A stretch of 64,000 nt of DNA from an uncultured delta proteobacterium (GCA_963826785.1 CAWGYD010000006.1:832001-896000); one strand, 5' to 3'. Numbered from the stretch's first letter, positions 53,488-63,887 are shown. The notes: generated from the sequence alone by a model not told the origin. Numbers and translations are program-made.

Positions 53488-53610
53488 TGCATATTGCATA
53501 CCATCACCTCATTTCAGGTTTCAAGGGCTTGAGATCGATGGGAATATAACCGGGTTTGACGTTTCATCGCCCCGGCAGGGGTGTGAACGGTGTGTCCGGC
53601 GATGAGATGT
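53488..53610 (-). promoter_or_regulatory. Putative sigma54 promoter with IHF-like site and paired upstream activator sites
   Basis: TGGTATGCAATATGCA (53488-53503, GG-N10-GC); tttcaagggcttg at ~53519; inverted pair 53559-53571 / 53598-53610 (11/13). Confidence 0.55.
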
Positions 53611-53694
53611 ATTGTTCAGGAAATGTGAAAAAAATGCGCAGCCGTACAGGCCGGAAGAGGTGGCAGGAGATCCGCGTTTAAGGAAAAAACCGTC

Positions 53695-53729
53695 AAAAAA
53701 AAGGACGCTCCCACAGGAGCGTCCTTTTT
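53695..53729 (-). terminator. Intrinsic terminator after the lipase gene
   Basis: aaaaaggacgctcc-caca-ggagcgtccttttt, with T8 on the minus strand. Confidence 0.88.
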
Positions 53730-53759
53730 ACAGATGTTAGCGGATGGGTCTTGTGTCGA

Positions 53760-54659
53760 TCAATACCCTCTGCTTTTCAGGTCGCTTGCGATGTCGACAT
53801 AGAATTCGGGTGCATCGAATCCCGGGGTGATCCCGAAGACCTGATCGACGATGTTGAAATGATCGCATCCCACGCTGTACCATGCCGCATCTTCAATTCC
53901 CCGGAAGTTTCCCCATTTGGCGCTGTTGACGCTGACCAGGCCGTCGTTTGCGCCTTCATAGGCCAGCAGCAGCAGCCAGGTGGGTTCCAGAAACAGGTTG
54001 GGGCAGGAGGTTTTCGCCTTGGCGGCCCAGCTCTGGTAATATACGCAGGATTTATCGGGGGTATTGGGATTGAAGGTATTCTGCATGTAGGACCGGGTCA
54101 TGTTGTAGCCGTTTTCCAGGCTGTTGGGGCTGGTGTCCCCGAAAATGAAGGCATATACGAAATCCAGCGTGCCGCCCACCAGCCATTCCATGGAATCCGG
54201 AATCACCCCGACTACCACGTCGGCTACGGCGCTTCCCCGGTGAGGGCCGGCGATGCTGGTATAGCTTGCCACATATGCGGAAATCCCCAGGTTGGAGATG
54301 GCGTCCCGGGTGTAGACGGTGCCGTGGGAGTGGGCGATGATGTTGAGCTTCTCCGTTTTGGTGATGGCCTTGATGTACATGAACTGGTTCTTGAAATCGA
54401 CGGCCTTGTTCCGGGTGCTGTCCATGCCGTTGACCGAGGTGATGTAGACTTTTGCGCCCTCGTCCTCCAGTGCCCCCGGAATTCCCCACCAGTAGTCCAC
54501 AATGCCTAAAATCTCTGCGGACGCGCCCATGCCGTGGGCCAGCACGATGGGGTATTTGGTGGCGGCGGCAGTGGAACTTCCGCCGGCCAGTGCGCTGCCG
54601 GAAACCATCATCATCGAAGCCAGAACGACCAGTAGAATCGCCAGTAACCCTTTTTTCAT
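53760..54659 (-). CDS. Secreted alpha/beta-hydrolase, family I lipase-like
   Basis: Signal peptide, TKYPIVLAHG, nucleophile elbow AHSHG, PHRGS, NDGLVSV.SA.WG, DH. Confidence 0.88.
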   Translation of the reverse strand: MKKGLLAILLVVLASMMMVSGSALAGGSSTAAATKYPIVLAHGMGASAEILGIVDYWWGIPGALEDEGAKVYITSVNGMDSTRNKAVDFKNQFMYIKAITKTEKLNIIAHSHGTVYTRDAISNLGISAYVASYTSIAGPHRGSAVADVVVGVIPDSMEWLVGGTLDFVYAFIFGDTSPNSLENGYNMTRSYMQNTFNPNTPDKSCVYYQSWAAKAKTSCPNLFLEPTWLLLLAYEGANDGLVSVNSAKWGNFRGIEDAAWYSVGCDHFNIVDQVFGITPGFDAPEFYVDIASDLKSRGY

Positions 54660-54886
54660 CTTTTCCCCCTGAATTCCCTTTGTATTTCGAATCATTGCTT
54701 GTGTTCCCAAGTTATGCTCATCAATGTGATCACTGTTTACACATCAATATGAGGCAATGATAAACTTAAAACAATCGGGGGAAACCTGAAATCAGGGTTC
54801 GATTTCCCTGATTTGGAAGGAAAGGCTTAAAAGTGGCCGAATGAAAGACGGGATATCGGCCAAATGGACGGTTATCGTTCAGGCGT

Positions 54887-55540
54887 TTAAGTATCCAGAG
54901 ACGTGATTCCTTCCCGCAGGGCGATCTTGGTCAACTCGGCCACGCTCTTGGCATTGAGTTTGCGCATGATCTGCTGGCGGTGGGTTTCAACGGTTTTGAT
55001 GCTGACGTGGATGCGGGCCGCGATTTCTTTGGTGCTCAACCCTTCGGCGATGAGCTGGAGCACTTCGCGCTCCCGGGCAGTGAGCTGCGAAGCCAGGGAA
55101 TCTTCGTTGGATTCGAGAATACTGGCGTAATCCTTCATTACCGTGCTGGCCACGGCCGGGCTCATGTAGTTCTGCCCTTTCATCACCGCGGAAATGGCGG
55201 CCACCAGTTCGTCGAAGGCACAGTTTTTCAACAGGTATCCGGAGACGCCGGCTTTGAGCATGCCGGCCACATAGCGCTTGTCGGAATACATGGAAAGCGC
55301 GATAACCCGGGTTTTGGGCAGTTCGGTGCGGATCTGGCGAGTGGCTTCGATACCGTTTAACTCCGGCATGTTGATATCCATGACGATCACGTCCGGCCCC
55401 CGTTCCATGGCCATCCGGACCGCTTCCCGTCCATTTTCCGCTTCTCCCACCACCTCCATGTGGTCCTGCTGTTCCAGCAGGGCTTTCAACCCGGTGCGGG
55501 TAATCTTGTGATCATCGGCCAGTATGATGCGAACCGTCAT
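54887..55540 (-). CDS. NarL/LuxR family response regulator
   Basis: LADDH, MDINMPELNG, GYLLK, LTAREREVL, KTVETHR. Confidence 0.95.
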   Translation of the reverse strand: MTVRIILADDHKITRTGLKALLEQQDHMEVVGEAENGREAVRMAMERGPDVIVMDINMPELNGIEATRQIRTELPKTRVIALSMYSDKRYVAGMLKAGVSGYLLKNCAFDELVAAISAVMKGQNYMSPAVASTVMKDYASILESNEDSLASQLTAREREVLQLIAEGLSTKEIAARIHVSIKTVETHRQQIMRKLNAKSVAELTKIALREGITSLDT

Positions 55541-58500
55541 ATCTCCCCCTCAGGCCGGCTGGATATGGGCGCGATAATGGTGACCCGCGACCCCATGTCC
55601 GGAGTTGACTTGATTTCCAGGCGGCCGCCCAGGTTTTTCAACCGCTCCCGGATGGAAAACAGGCCGAAACCGCCTTTCCGGATCTCTTTCTTGTTTGCCG
55701 AAGCGTCAAACCCGATGCCGTTGTCGGCGATGACAATCCGGATATGGTTTTCCTCGTTTGATATGGATACGCTCGCGGCCGTGGACCGGGCGTGTTTGAC
55801 CATGTTGAACAGCAGTTCCCGTGTGGCTTGGAACAGGAGCACCCTCAGACTTTCCTCGATGGACCTGGGGGTGTCGTCATCGAAAAAGTCGATTCTGATG
55901 CCGTGCTGCTTCTGTGTCTGTTCGATCAGCCAGTCGATGGCGGCTTCAAGACCCAGATCATACAATATTGGCGGACTCAGCTCAAAAGTCAAGGACTGAG
56001 TATCGGTGATGGTCTGGTCGATGATGACGCTGATGTCATCGGCATTTTCTGCCAGCTTCGGGGAGGGCGCCTCTGCTTTGAGCTGCCGCAGTTTCATGGC
56101 GGCGTGGGCCAGGGCATGGCCGATCCGGTCATGCAGTTCGGTGGCGATTCGCCGGCGTTCCCGTTCTTCGGTCAGCGACAGTTCGGAAGACAAGGCGCGG
56201 AGCCTGGCCTGGTAGCGCATGGCTGCTTCCTCGCTCCTGGCGGAAATTTCCCGCAGTTCCTGTTCGTTTTGGATCACGTTTTCATAAAGCCGGGCGTTTT
56301 CCATGGAAATGGCGGCCTGGGAAGCCAGCAGCCGGAGCACCTCGATCCGGTCGGATGTGAACACCGAAGGGGTCAGGTCATTTTCAAGGTACAAAATGGC
56401 GATCTGCCGGCCATGGCCGACCACCGGCAGGCACAGAACGGATCGGGGGCTGTATTTGCGCACATATTCATGGGCGCCGTATTCAGGGGAATGGAGCGCA
56501 TCCTCGAGCACCAGGTAATTGCCGGACCGCCGGACAAAATTGATCACGGGCGTGAACAGCGCAAATCGGCTGTCCGCGGGTGCTGCCGAGTAGATCCGGA
56601 CATGGTCATCCGGAAGGGCGTATTGGGCATCAACGTACATCCGCTCCGATTTTACGGACAGGAAAATGGCCTTGCGGGCGCCGGCGTTTTCGGTCACGAT
56701 CTTCATCAACCGCTCAATCAGATCGGTCCGGACGATCTCAGTGGAGATCATCTGAAGGCTGTTGACAATCGTCTCGAAATCGAGATTCGGCATGCCCGCC
56801 GGCCCGGAAATCCCCTGCTGCCGGGGAAGGATGCCGGAAAAAGCGGCCTCGACCTGCTCGACCTTGGCCGATGCCCCCCATGCCCGGTATTCGCGGCGGG
56901 CGGTGTCGGCAAGGGGAGCGGCCATCTTATCCAATCCCATTTTCAAGAAAAACATGGCCGCCCGCTCGCAGGCAAGGGCGTGGCAGTGGGTGAACCCGTT
57001 TGAATGCGCGGATGTGACGGCCTGCTGGTAAATATCGATGGCGTGGAGGGGACTGCCGGACAGACGGGCAATCTCCGCCCGGATGAGCAGGTGCTTGTGT
57101 TCAAAATTCTCCGGGCAGGATACGGACAGGGGGGCAAGTTTTGCCGCCAGCCGTTTAATCTTATGGACGTACCCGATCTTTGCGGCCGATGAAGCCAAAT
57201 CCGCCGCATCGGCCAGGGCTATCGCGCAATAGAAGTAATATTCCGGCACCACGATGGTCCCCATGTGATAATGCAAATAGCGCCGGCATCTGCGGGCGGT
57301 GCGCAATGCTTCCGCGGGGCGTCCCATGATCACCTGGAGCCGGAGCTTCATCAGGTAATGCCGATACAGGATGGCCCGGATGTCGTCGTGTTCCATTTTT
57401 TTGATGTGATCGGCTTCACTGAATGCGCTGTCATTAAATAGCGCCGGCTGCTCCGTTTTTCCCGTCAGCGCCCGGATGAACTGCCGGGTGGTGATCAGGT
57501 AGTTGAGCGCTCCGGAATCCTTGGCCTGCTCGACAAATTCAAAATACCGGGTGCATTCCCGCTCAATTTCGGTCAGCCCCGTCCCGCTGACCATCAGATT
57601 GATCACCAGCGACTGGATGTGGTAGATGGCGTAATTGATGTCCCCGGTGTCCAGCGCACTCCGGATCCCCTGCCGGTTGTAACTGACCGCCTGGCAAACG
57701 GGGCTGACCCACACACTGATCCCGGCGCCGAAATAGAGATAGAGCTTGGCCGTCATTTCCGGGGTGCCGTAGCGTTCATTGGCGCTCAAGGCCAGTTTCC
57801 CGAATCGCATTCCGGCCGGGTAGTCCTTGAAAATGGCGCAGAGGGAGACGCCGTAGGTCAGGTAGCCGAAGGGGGATAAAGCGGAATTGCCGTGTTTTAA
57901 TGTCAACTCGAAAATCTTTAAGGTCAGGACAAATGCCAGGTAGGGCTTGCACAGAAATGCCGAAAAACTGAGGTTGGACAGCATTTTGAGAATCATCAGG
58001 AGGCGGCCGTCCGTGATGGGCGGCATCCCCATGAGGTCTTCGGCATTTTTGCCCCGCATCTTCAGTTTCAGCATCAGCATGCATTTGAGAACATCCGCTC
58101 CACCGGCCCGCCCCGGCAGGCGGATACCCAGGCGCTTGAGCCCGGCCAGCCCAATGCTCAGCGCTTCATCATGCCGGGCCAGGCTGGCCAGCATGATCAT
58201 TTTCTGATTAAAGGCCCCGGCAAGGTCTTCATCCGTTGCGGCCCGCTTCTGCAGCACATCAAAGATTTCTTCTGCAGCTGAAAAATTCAGCCGGAGATAT
58301 TCGCACTCCATCCGGCGCTGTTTAAGGGCGAAAAGCACATCGTAATTTTCATCCCACGATGCATCGGGCAGAAGCTGCTCGCCGATGATGAAATAATCCA
58401 GAGATTGGGCATATGCGGCCGAATCCCGCGCCTTTTTTCCGGCGGCAAGGTTGAGCTTCGCCAGCTGCAGACGCTGATCCGGGTCGGTGATGAGCCCCCG

Positions 58501-60765
58501 TCCCTGGTTGAGGTGGGACACGATGGTAAAAATCCGGTTCTGGACCGCATCGGGGTCCGTGCCCGTCAACAGGAGGTACCCGATTTTGAGATGCAGGGCA
58601 TTTTTATGGTCTTCCGGAATCAGGGAGTAGACGGCCTGGCGGATCTTGTCATGCAGAAACTCCAGGACAAAATCGCCTGCCTCCTCGTTATCATCGCCTT
58701 GCCCTTCCCCGGCCGGATGATGAATCGAAAATCGGGTATACAGGCGATGAATATCCTCCCTGGAGACGATAAATCCCATTTCAACGGGTTCGTGAAGATC
58801 CGCGGCGATTTGCGCAAAAGGTTTTTCCGCAAGGGACGAAAGCAGCGCCATGTCAAATCGGTTGCCGATGCAGGCGGCCAGTTGAAGGATATGGCGGGCC
58901 GCGTCTGTGAGCTGCAGGACCTTTTCGGCCATGAAGTCCACCACGTTGTCCGTGATCCGCGCCCCGGCAATCCGTTCGATATGCCAGCGCCAGCGTCCGG
59001 TTTCATAATCATAGTACAGCAGGCCTTCGCGATACAGCGACTGGAGAAACTGCCGGACGAAGAAAGGGTTGCCCCGGGTCTTCTCGTGGACGATCCGCCC
59101 CAGCATCTTCACCCTGGGCAGATTTTCATGGACGGCGTCCCCGATGAGCTTATTCACATCATTTTCGCTGATGGGCTTCAAGGTGATGGTTTTGAGCGGA
59201 ATTTTTCTGTCCCGGATCGTCTTTAAGGAAGCGAACAGCGGGTGGGAATCGGTGATTTCATTGTTGCGGTACGCCCCGATAAAATTGAAATACCGGGTCC
59301 GGGTGCCGGCAAAAAAGGCTTCCATCAGCTTGAGCCCGGCAGGGTCCGCCCACTGAAGGTCATCGATAAACAGGGTCAGGGGGTGCTCCGGTGCGGCAAA
59401 TACCTGGATGAATTTTTCAAATACCAGATTAAACCGGTGGTGGGCATCGGCGGGCGGCAGCTCGGAAACCGGCGGGCTTTTCCCGATAATGTTCTCGATT
59501 TCGGGAATGACATCGGCCATCACCTGCGCATTGGCGCCCAGGGCCGAGAGCAGTTTCTGTCTTAAAACCCCGATCCGGTCTGCAGGCGCTTTCATTACCT
59601 CATGGATCAGCGACTGGTAAGCGGCGATCACGGCGCTGTAGGGGATATCCTGCTGGAACTGATCATATTTTCCGGAGATGAAATATCCGCCCTGGGCCGT
59701 GACCTGCTTTTGGAATTCGCCAACCAGCGTGGATTTTCCGATGCCGGAATATCCTGCCAGCATAATGATGCCGATCCCGCCCTCTGTGATGCGGGCATAC
59801 GCATCGCAGAGCAGGTCCAGTTCGATTTCCCGGCCGTACATCCGGTCCGGCAACCGGAAATACTCGGGAATGTCCGATCCCCCGGGCCGGAACCCGGGGA
59901 TGGTGCCCCCTGGCCCCAGGCACTGAAGGCAATAATCCAGATCCCGTTTCAGGCCCTGGCTGCTCTGGTACCGGTCCTCCGGAGATTTGGCCAGCAGTTT
60001 CATCACGATCCCGGAGACGGATTCGTCGATGTCCGGGCGAATGGCGGACGGGGAAACAGGATGGCGGGCCATGTGCGCATGGATGATTTCCAGGGGTTCG
60101 CCGGCGGTAAACGGCGGGGCGCCGGTCAGGATTTCATAAAAGAGGGTGCCAAGGGCGTAAAAATCGGACCGGTAGTCCACGCCGCGGTTGATCCGGCCGG
60201 TCTGTTCCGGCGACATATAAGGCAGGTCGTCTAAAGAAAAGGCGGCCCCTGCCTTGCCGGACCCATTGTCCGGGGCCGCCGCGGCCGACCGGGACATGCC
60301 GGCGACCATGCCGGCAATCGTCACGAATCCCGATTCCGTATCGATCACCACCTTGCGGCTTGAAAGCGCCCCGTGAATCAATCCCGCCTGGTGCAGCGCG
60401 CCGAGACCGTCTGCCAGCTGCAGGGCCAGGTCCAGGAAATCTTTGACCGCAACCGGTCCGTTGGCCCGGCAATATTCTGCAATGGATATCCCCCCGGGTC
60501 TTTCCAAAATCAGCAGGATGCCGCTGCCATTTGCGCCTGCCTGTTTTTCAACGGCATATATGCGGGGGAGGTGGGCCGGCCGCAGCCGGTTCAAGTGAAG
60601 CAGCCGGGCATAGAGGCCGTCGGCATCGGGGGCGCCATGATTGAGGCCGGGTATAAAATGGATATCCACCGGGCACCCCGTTTTGACCTGCCGGCCGCGA
60701 TAGCATTTCAGGCCGGGACGAGACGGCATCTCCATCAGCTGATCGTAACCCGGCAGGTTCAGCAT
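55537..60765 (-). CDS. Ser/Thr kinase-like - AAA/STAND ATPase - GAF - HisKA_3 histidine kinase multidomain sensor
   Basis: YMSPEQTGR, GYSGIGKS, IDDLQWAD, GNPFF, LYLEN..F, ERRRIATELHD, DNGIGF, GFGL; 4-bp overlap with the regulator gene. Confidence 0.92.
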   Translation of the reverse strand: MLNLPGYDQLMEMPSRPGLKCYRGRQVKTGCPVDIHFIPGLNHGAPDADGLYARLLHLNRLRPAHLPRIYAVEKQAGANGSGILLILERPGGISIAEYCRANGPVAVKDFLDLALQLADGLGALHQAGLIHGALSSRKVVIDTESGFVTIAGMVAGMSRSAAAAPDNGSGKAGAAFSLDDLPYMSPEQTGRINRGVDYRSDFYALGTLFYEILTGAPPFTAGEPLEIIHAHMARHPVSPSAIRPDIDESVSGIVMKLLAKSPEDRYQSSQGLKRDLDYCLQCLGPGGTIPGFRPGGSDIPEYFRLPDRMYGREIELDLLCDAYARITEGGIGIIMLAGYSGIGKSTLVGEFQKQVTAQGGYFISGKYDQFQQDIPYSAVIAAYQSLIHEVMKAPADRIGVLRQKLLSALGANAQVMADVIPEIENIIGKSPPVSELPPADAHHRFNLVFEKFIQVFAAPEHPLTLFIDDLQWADPAGLKLMEAFFAGTRTRYFNFIGAYRNNEITDSHPLFASLKTIRDRKIPLKTITLKPISENDVNKLIGDAVHENLPRVKMLGRIVHEKTRGNPFFVRQFLQSLYREGLLYYDYETGRWRWHIERIAGARITDNVVDFMAEKVLQLTDAARHILQLAACIGNRFDMALLSSLAEKPFAQIAADLHEPVEMGFIVSREDIHRLYTRFSIHHPAGEGQGDDNEEAGDFVLEFLHDKIRQAVYSLIPEDHKNALHLKIGYLLLTGTDPDAVQNRIFTIVSHLNQGRGLITDPDQRLQLAKLNLAAGKKARDSAAYAQSLDYFIIGEQLLPDASWDENYDVLFALKQRRMECEYLRLNFSAAEEIFDVLQKRAATDEDLAGAFNQKMIMLASLARHDEALSIGLAGLKRLGIRLPGRAGGADVLKCMLMLKLKMRGKNAEDLMGMPPITDGRLLMILKMLSNLSFSAFLCKPYLAFVLTLKIFELTLKHGNSALSPFGYLTYGVSLCAIFKDYPAGMRFGKLALSANERYGTPEMTAKLYLYFGAGISVWVSPVCQAVSYNRQGIRSALDTGDINYAIYHIQSLVINLMVSGTGLTEIERECTRYFEFVEQAKDSGALNYLITTRQFIRALTGKTEQPALFNDSAFSEADHIKKMEHDDIRAILYRHYLMKLRLQVIMGRPAEALRTARRCRRYLHYHMGTIVVPEYYFYCAIALADAADLASSAAKIGYVHKIKRLAAKLAPLSVSCPENFEHKHLLIRAEIARLSGSPLHAIDIYQQAVTSAHSNGFTHCHALACERAAMFFLKMGLDKMAAPLADTARREYRAWGASAKVEQVEAAFSGILPRQQGISGPAGMPNLDFETIVNSLQMISTEIVRTDLIERLMKIVTENAGARKAIFLSVKSERMYVDAQYALPDDHVRIYSAAPADSRFALFTPVINFVRRSGNYLVLEDALHSPEYGAHEYVRKYSPRSVLCLPVVGHGRQIAILYLENDLTPSVFTSDRIEVLRLLASQAAISMENARLYENVIQNEQELREISARSEEAAMRYQARLRALSSELSLTEERERRRIATELHDRIGHALAHAAMKLRQLKAEAPSPKLAENADDISVIIDQTITDTQSLTFELSPPILYDLGLEAAIDWLIEQTQKQHGIRIDFFDDDTPRSIEESLRVLLFQATRELLFNMVKHARSTAASVSISNEENHIRIVIADNGIGFDASANKKEIRKGGFGLFSIRERLKNLGGRLEIKSTPDMGSRVTIIAPISSRPEGEI

Positions 60766-60936
60766 TTCAGATTTTACACCTTTGGTGTGATGTTGTGTTG
60801 AAACGGATTCATTTATAGCCGATTTTACCCGACAAGGGCCTAATGTTATGTTGATGAAAATCTGCAGTCATGAACTTTAGCATAATCCCGGTCACCGGTC
60901 AGCCTCAAAGTGCAGAAGGGCACTGATCGCTGTTCG

Positions 60937-62265
60937 CTACTGCTGAATTGCGGTCAGGGCGGGGCTGAAGGTCACCCGGTACTCGTGTTCGGGGTACAGG
61001 CGTTTGAATTTCGGATCCAGCCGCGCCAGCTGGTCTTTGCAGCGGGCGCGGATGTCATCCAGGGAGGGCGGGGGGGCGGTGATGCGGCCGTTTTGCATGA
61101 CGGTGGACAGGAGGGGGGTTGCGCCCCCGATCTTTTCATCCGGGGTGCCGATGACATCCTGGCAAAAGAAGCCGGTGTGCGGATCTGTTTTTCTGAACAC
61201 CTGCTTTTCGCCGGCCAGGTTGATCTTTCCGGGGCTGAGCTTGCGCACGTTTTTATCGCTGTAGCGCACCATTTTATAGGCGATGTTCAGGTAGGGGGCA
61301 TCGGCGGAGACGCCCATATGGGTCCCCACCCCGAAGGCATCGATTACCGCCCCTTTTTCCGTCAGCGCGGCGATTTTATACTCGTCGATGCTGCTGCTGG
61401 CAAAGATCTGAACGTCGTCAAGCCCTGCTGCATCCAGTATCTGCCGGACCGCCTGGCTCAATTTAGCCATGTCCCCGCTGTCCAGCCGCACGCCGTGGAG
61501 ATTCCGGCCGGATTTTTTCATGTCCCGCCCCACTTTTGCGGCGATTTTTGCGCCTTCGATGGTGTCATAGGTGTCGATGAGAAAAACGGAGTCGTCCGGA
61601 TAGGTTTCGGCAAAGGCGGCAAAGGCCTCTTCTTCGCTGTCAAAGGCGGTGATAAAGGAGTGGGCCATGGTGCCGGAGACGGGGATATCGAGGATTTTTC
61701 CCGCAAGGACATTGCTGGTGGCAATAAAACCGGCGATATAGGCGCTTCGGGCCACCCTGACCGACGCATCCACTCCCTGGGTGCGCCGGGCGGAAAAATC
61801 GACCAGGCGCCTGCTGCCCGCCGCTTCCATGCAGCGGGCGGCCTTGGTGGCGATCAGGGTCTGAAACCCGATGGTATTGATCAGAAATGTTTCCAGCAGT
61901 TGGGCCTCGATGAGTGGAGCGGACACCTCCAGCACCGGTTCATCCCGGAAAAAAACGGTCCCCTCTGGCATGGCCCGGATGGTGCCGGAAAACTTGAAAT
62001 GCTTCAGGTGATTTAAAAACTGATCTGAAAATTTTCCGATCGATTTCAAATACGCGATATCCGAATCGGAAAAGGTAAACGACGCGATGGCCGACAAGGC
62101 GTCTTCCAGTCCGGCGGCAACGAAATAGCTGCGGTTTACCGGATATTTCCGGATAAACAGGGAAAAGGCGGCATCCGCGGTAACCTTCTGGTCGAAATAG
62201 GTTTGCGCCATGGTCAACTCGTAAAGATCCGTAAATAGAGGTCCGGGAGCGGTGATTTCGGTCAT
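60937..62265 (-). CDS. pncB: Nicotinate phosphoribosyltransferase
   Basis: TDLYELTM, DFSARR, GTMAHS, LIDTYD, GVRLDSGD, FGVGT. Confidence 0.94.
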   Translation of the reverse strand: MTEITAPGPLFTDLYELTMAQTYFDQKVTADAAFSLFIRKYPVNRSYFVAAGLEDALSAIASFTFSDSDIAYLKSIGKFSDQFLNHLKHFKFSGTIRAMPEGTVFFRDEPVLEVSAPLIEAQLLETFLINTIGFQTLIATKAARCMEAAGSRRLVDFSARRTQGVDASVRVARSAYIAGFIATSNVLAGKILDIPVSGTMAHSFITAFDSEEEAFAAFAETYPDDSVFLIDTYDTIEGAKIAAKVGRDMKKSGRNLHGVRLDSGDMAKLSQAVRQILDAAGLDDVQIFASSSIDEYKIAALTEKGAVIDAFGVGTHMGVSADAPYLNIAYKMVRYSDKNVRKLSPGKINLAGEKQVFRKTDPHTGFFCQDVIGTPDEKIGGATPLLSTVMQNGRITAPPPSLDDIRARCKDQLARLDPKFKRLYPEHEYRVTFSPALTAIQQ

Positions 62266-62625
62266 ACGCCTGCCTTCTTGTTTTCAGATGAGACCATGGG
62301 GGTTTTCGGGCCGTGTTGGAAAAAACGGTACGTCCTATGATGTTGTCATTTGTAAAATGTTAAATATATACATATTATGACGATTATGCAATAAGTGGGA
62401 ATCGCATTTAAGCCGGTGGTGAGATCGGGTGGACATCGGGCTTTCAAAAAGTTGACACGGCAGGGTTTTTCACATACATGGAAGCTGTTTCAAAACCCTG
62501 TTTGCGGCATGCAGGCGGCGTTTACCTCTTCTTCTGCGGTTTTTCCGCCACCTGATCCAACGGTTTAAAACCGCTTTTTGTCGTCTACCCTACAACCAGA
62601 CTGTGCAATTGGAGAATACATCAAG

Positions 62626-63018
62626 ATGAACATGACGGAAAGCGGAATTCTGCCGCTGGACACCATACGGCCGGATGTCCTGGAGGCCATCGATTATGCC
62701 TACCAGGGGAAACGCGACATCGACATCGTGATCGAGCAGCCGGAATATTCGTCGGTCTGCCCCAAGACCGGGCTGCCCGATACCGGAAACATCATTATCC
62801 GCTACGTGCCGGATAAACTGATCGTGGAGCTCAAATCCCTCAAGTACTACCTTTTGCAGTACCGGTGCGTGGGAATTTTTTACGAGCACATCGTCAACCG
62901 GATCATGGACGACCTGGTGGCGGTGCTCGCCCCGAAGAAGATGACGGTGACCGGCGATTTCACTCCCCGGGGCGGCATTTCCACCCGGGTGACGGCGGCT
63001 TATGAGAAACTGGGGTGA
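62626..63018 (+). CDS. queF: 7-cyano-7-deazaguanine (preQ0) reductase, short type
   Basis: CPKTGLPD, ELKSLKYYL, F.PRGGI; RBS GGAG. Confidence 0.93.
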   Translation: MNMTESGILPLDTIRPDVLEAIDYAYQGKRDIDIVIEQPEYSSVCPKTGLPDTGNIIIRYVPDKLIVELKSLKYYLLQYRCVGIFYEHIVNRIMDDLVAVLAPKKMTVTGDFTPRGGISTRVTAAYEKLG

Positions 63019-63047
63019 CGGAAAGATACCCGCAGCAAATAACGGCG

Positions 63048-63824
63048 CTACAGCAGGCCCCGCTGTTTTAAGATATCATGGAGCTGGCGGGCTTTTTCCT
63101 GTGTGGTTCCTTCCAGCACCCTGCCGGCCCGCTGTTTTTCAGGCCAGTCGTAGTGGTCGACCTGCACCGGTCTTTCTGCCGGATCCGCATCGGGTGCGGG
63201 AACAGGCTCCACTCCGGCCTGGTTGGCGCGCAGCAGTTTGGAAACGGACGGGTAGCGGGGCTCATTGATGCCGGTCTGGATAGAGAGCAGCGCCGGCAGG
63301 TCGATCTCCATCATGTCGATCAGGCCGCCGTCGCGCTCCTGTTCCACATAAATTTTGGAATGTTCAGCGTCCGGGCGAAGGCAGACCACCGATGTGGCCC
63401 AGGGCAGGCCCAGGCGTTCGGCCAGCATGGGGCTGACCTGGGACTGCATCATGTCCTCGGACATCACCCCGGTCAGCACCAGGTCATACCCCTTTTCTGC
63501 GGCAAAACCGGCGATGCAGCGCGACACCCGGTCCGCGTCGCCGGAGGCAAAATAATCCGCCGGCGCATGGAACCCCCGGTCGGCGCCCATGCCCATGGCG
63601 CGTTTAACGGCGGCCGCGGCGTTCGGCGGCCCCACGGTGACCACATCGACAAGTGTGCCGGCGATTGCCTGCTTGATCTGCACCGCCGCTTCCACGGCAT
63701 ACTCGTCAAACCGGTTCATCCGCAGGGGCGTGTCGGCATCGACAGTAATGACAGGCGACTTTCCGGTAAAGGAAATCACCTGTTCGGGTTCGGGAACGGC
63801 TTTGATGCATACCAGTATGTTCAT
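63048..63824 (-). CDS. etfB: Electron transfer flavoprotein beta subunit
   Basis: MNILVCIKAVP, MNRFDEYAVE, AMGMGAD, NEPRYPS. Confidence 0.92.
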   Translation of the reverse strand: MNILVCIKAVPEPEQVISFTGKSPVITVDADTPLRMNRFDEYAVEAAVQIKQAIAGTLVDVVTVGPPNAAAAVKRAMGMGADRGFHAPADYFASGDADRVSRCIAGFAAEKGYDLVLTGVMSEDMMQSQVSPMLAERLGLPWATSVVCLRPDAEHSKIYVEQERDGGLIDMMEIDLPALLSIQTGINEPRYPSVSKLLRANQAGVEPVPAPDADPAERPVQVDHYDWPEKQRAGRVLEGTTQEKARQLHDILKQRGLL

Positions 63825-63873
63825 GAAAATCATTATAAAAGCATCCGGGCGTCGAGGTCAAGGACAAAAATAG

Positions 63874-63887
63874 AACGATCGCTCGTT
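63874..63887. promoter_or_regulatory. Palindromic operator-like site upstream of etfB
   Basis: AACGA-tcgc-TCGTT adjacent to a TTGACA at 63893. Confidence 0.35.

Noticed and set aside
62400..62625. preQ1 riboswitch upstream of queF
   Set aside because: Only a cagggtttt...aaaaccctg inverted repeat is visible. I cannot see a preQ1 stem-loop with an A-rich tail; an Rfam/Infernal scan would settle it.
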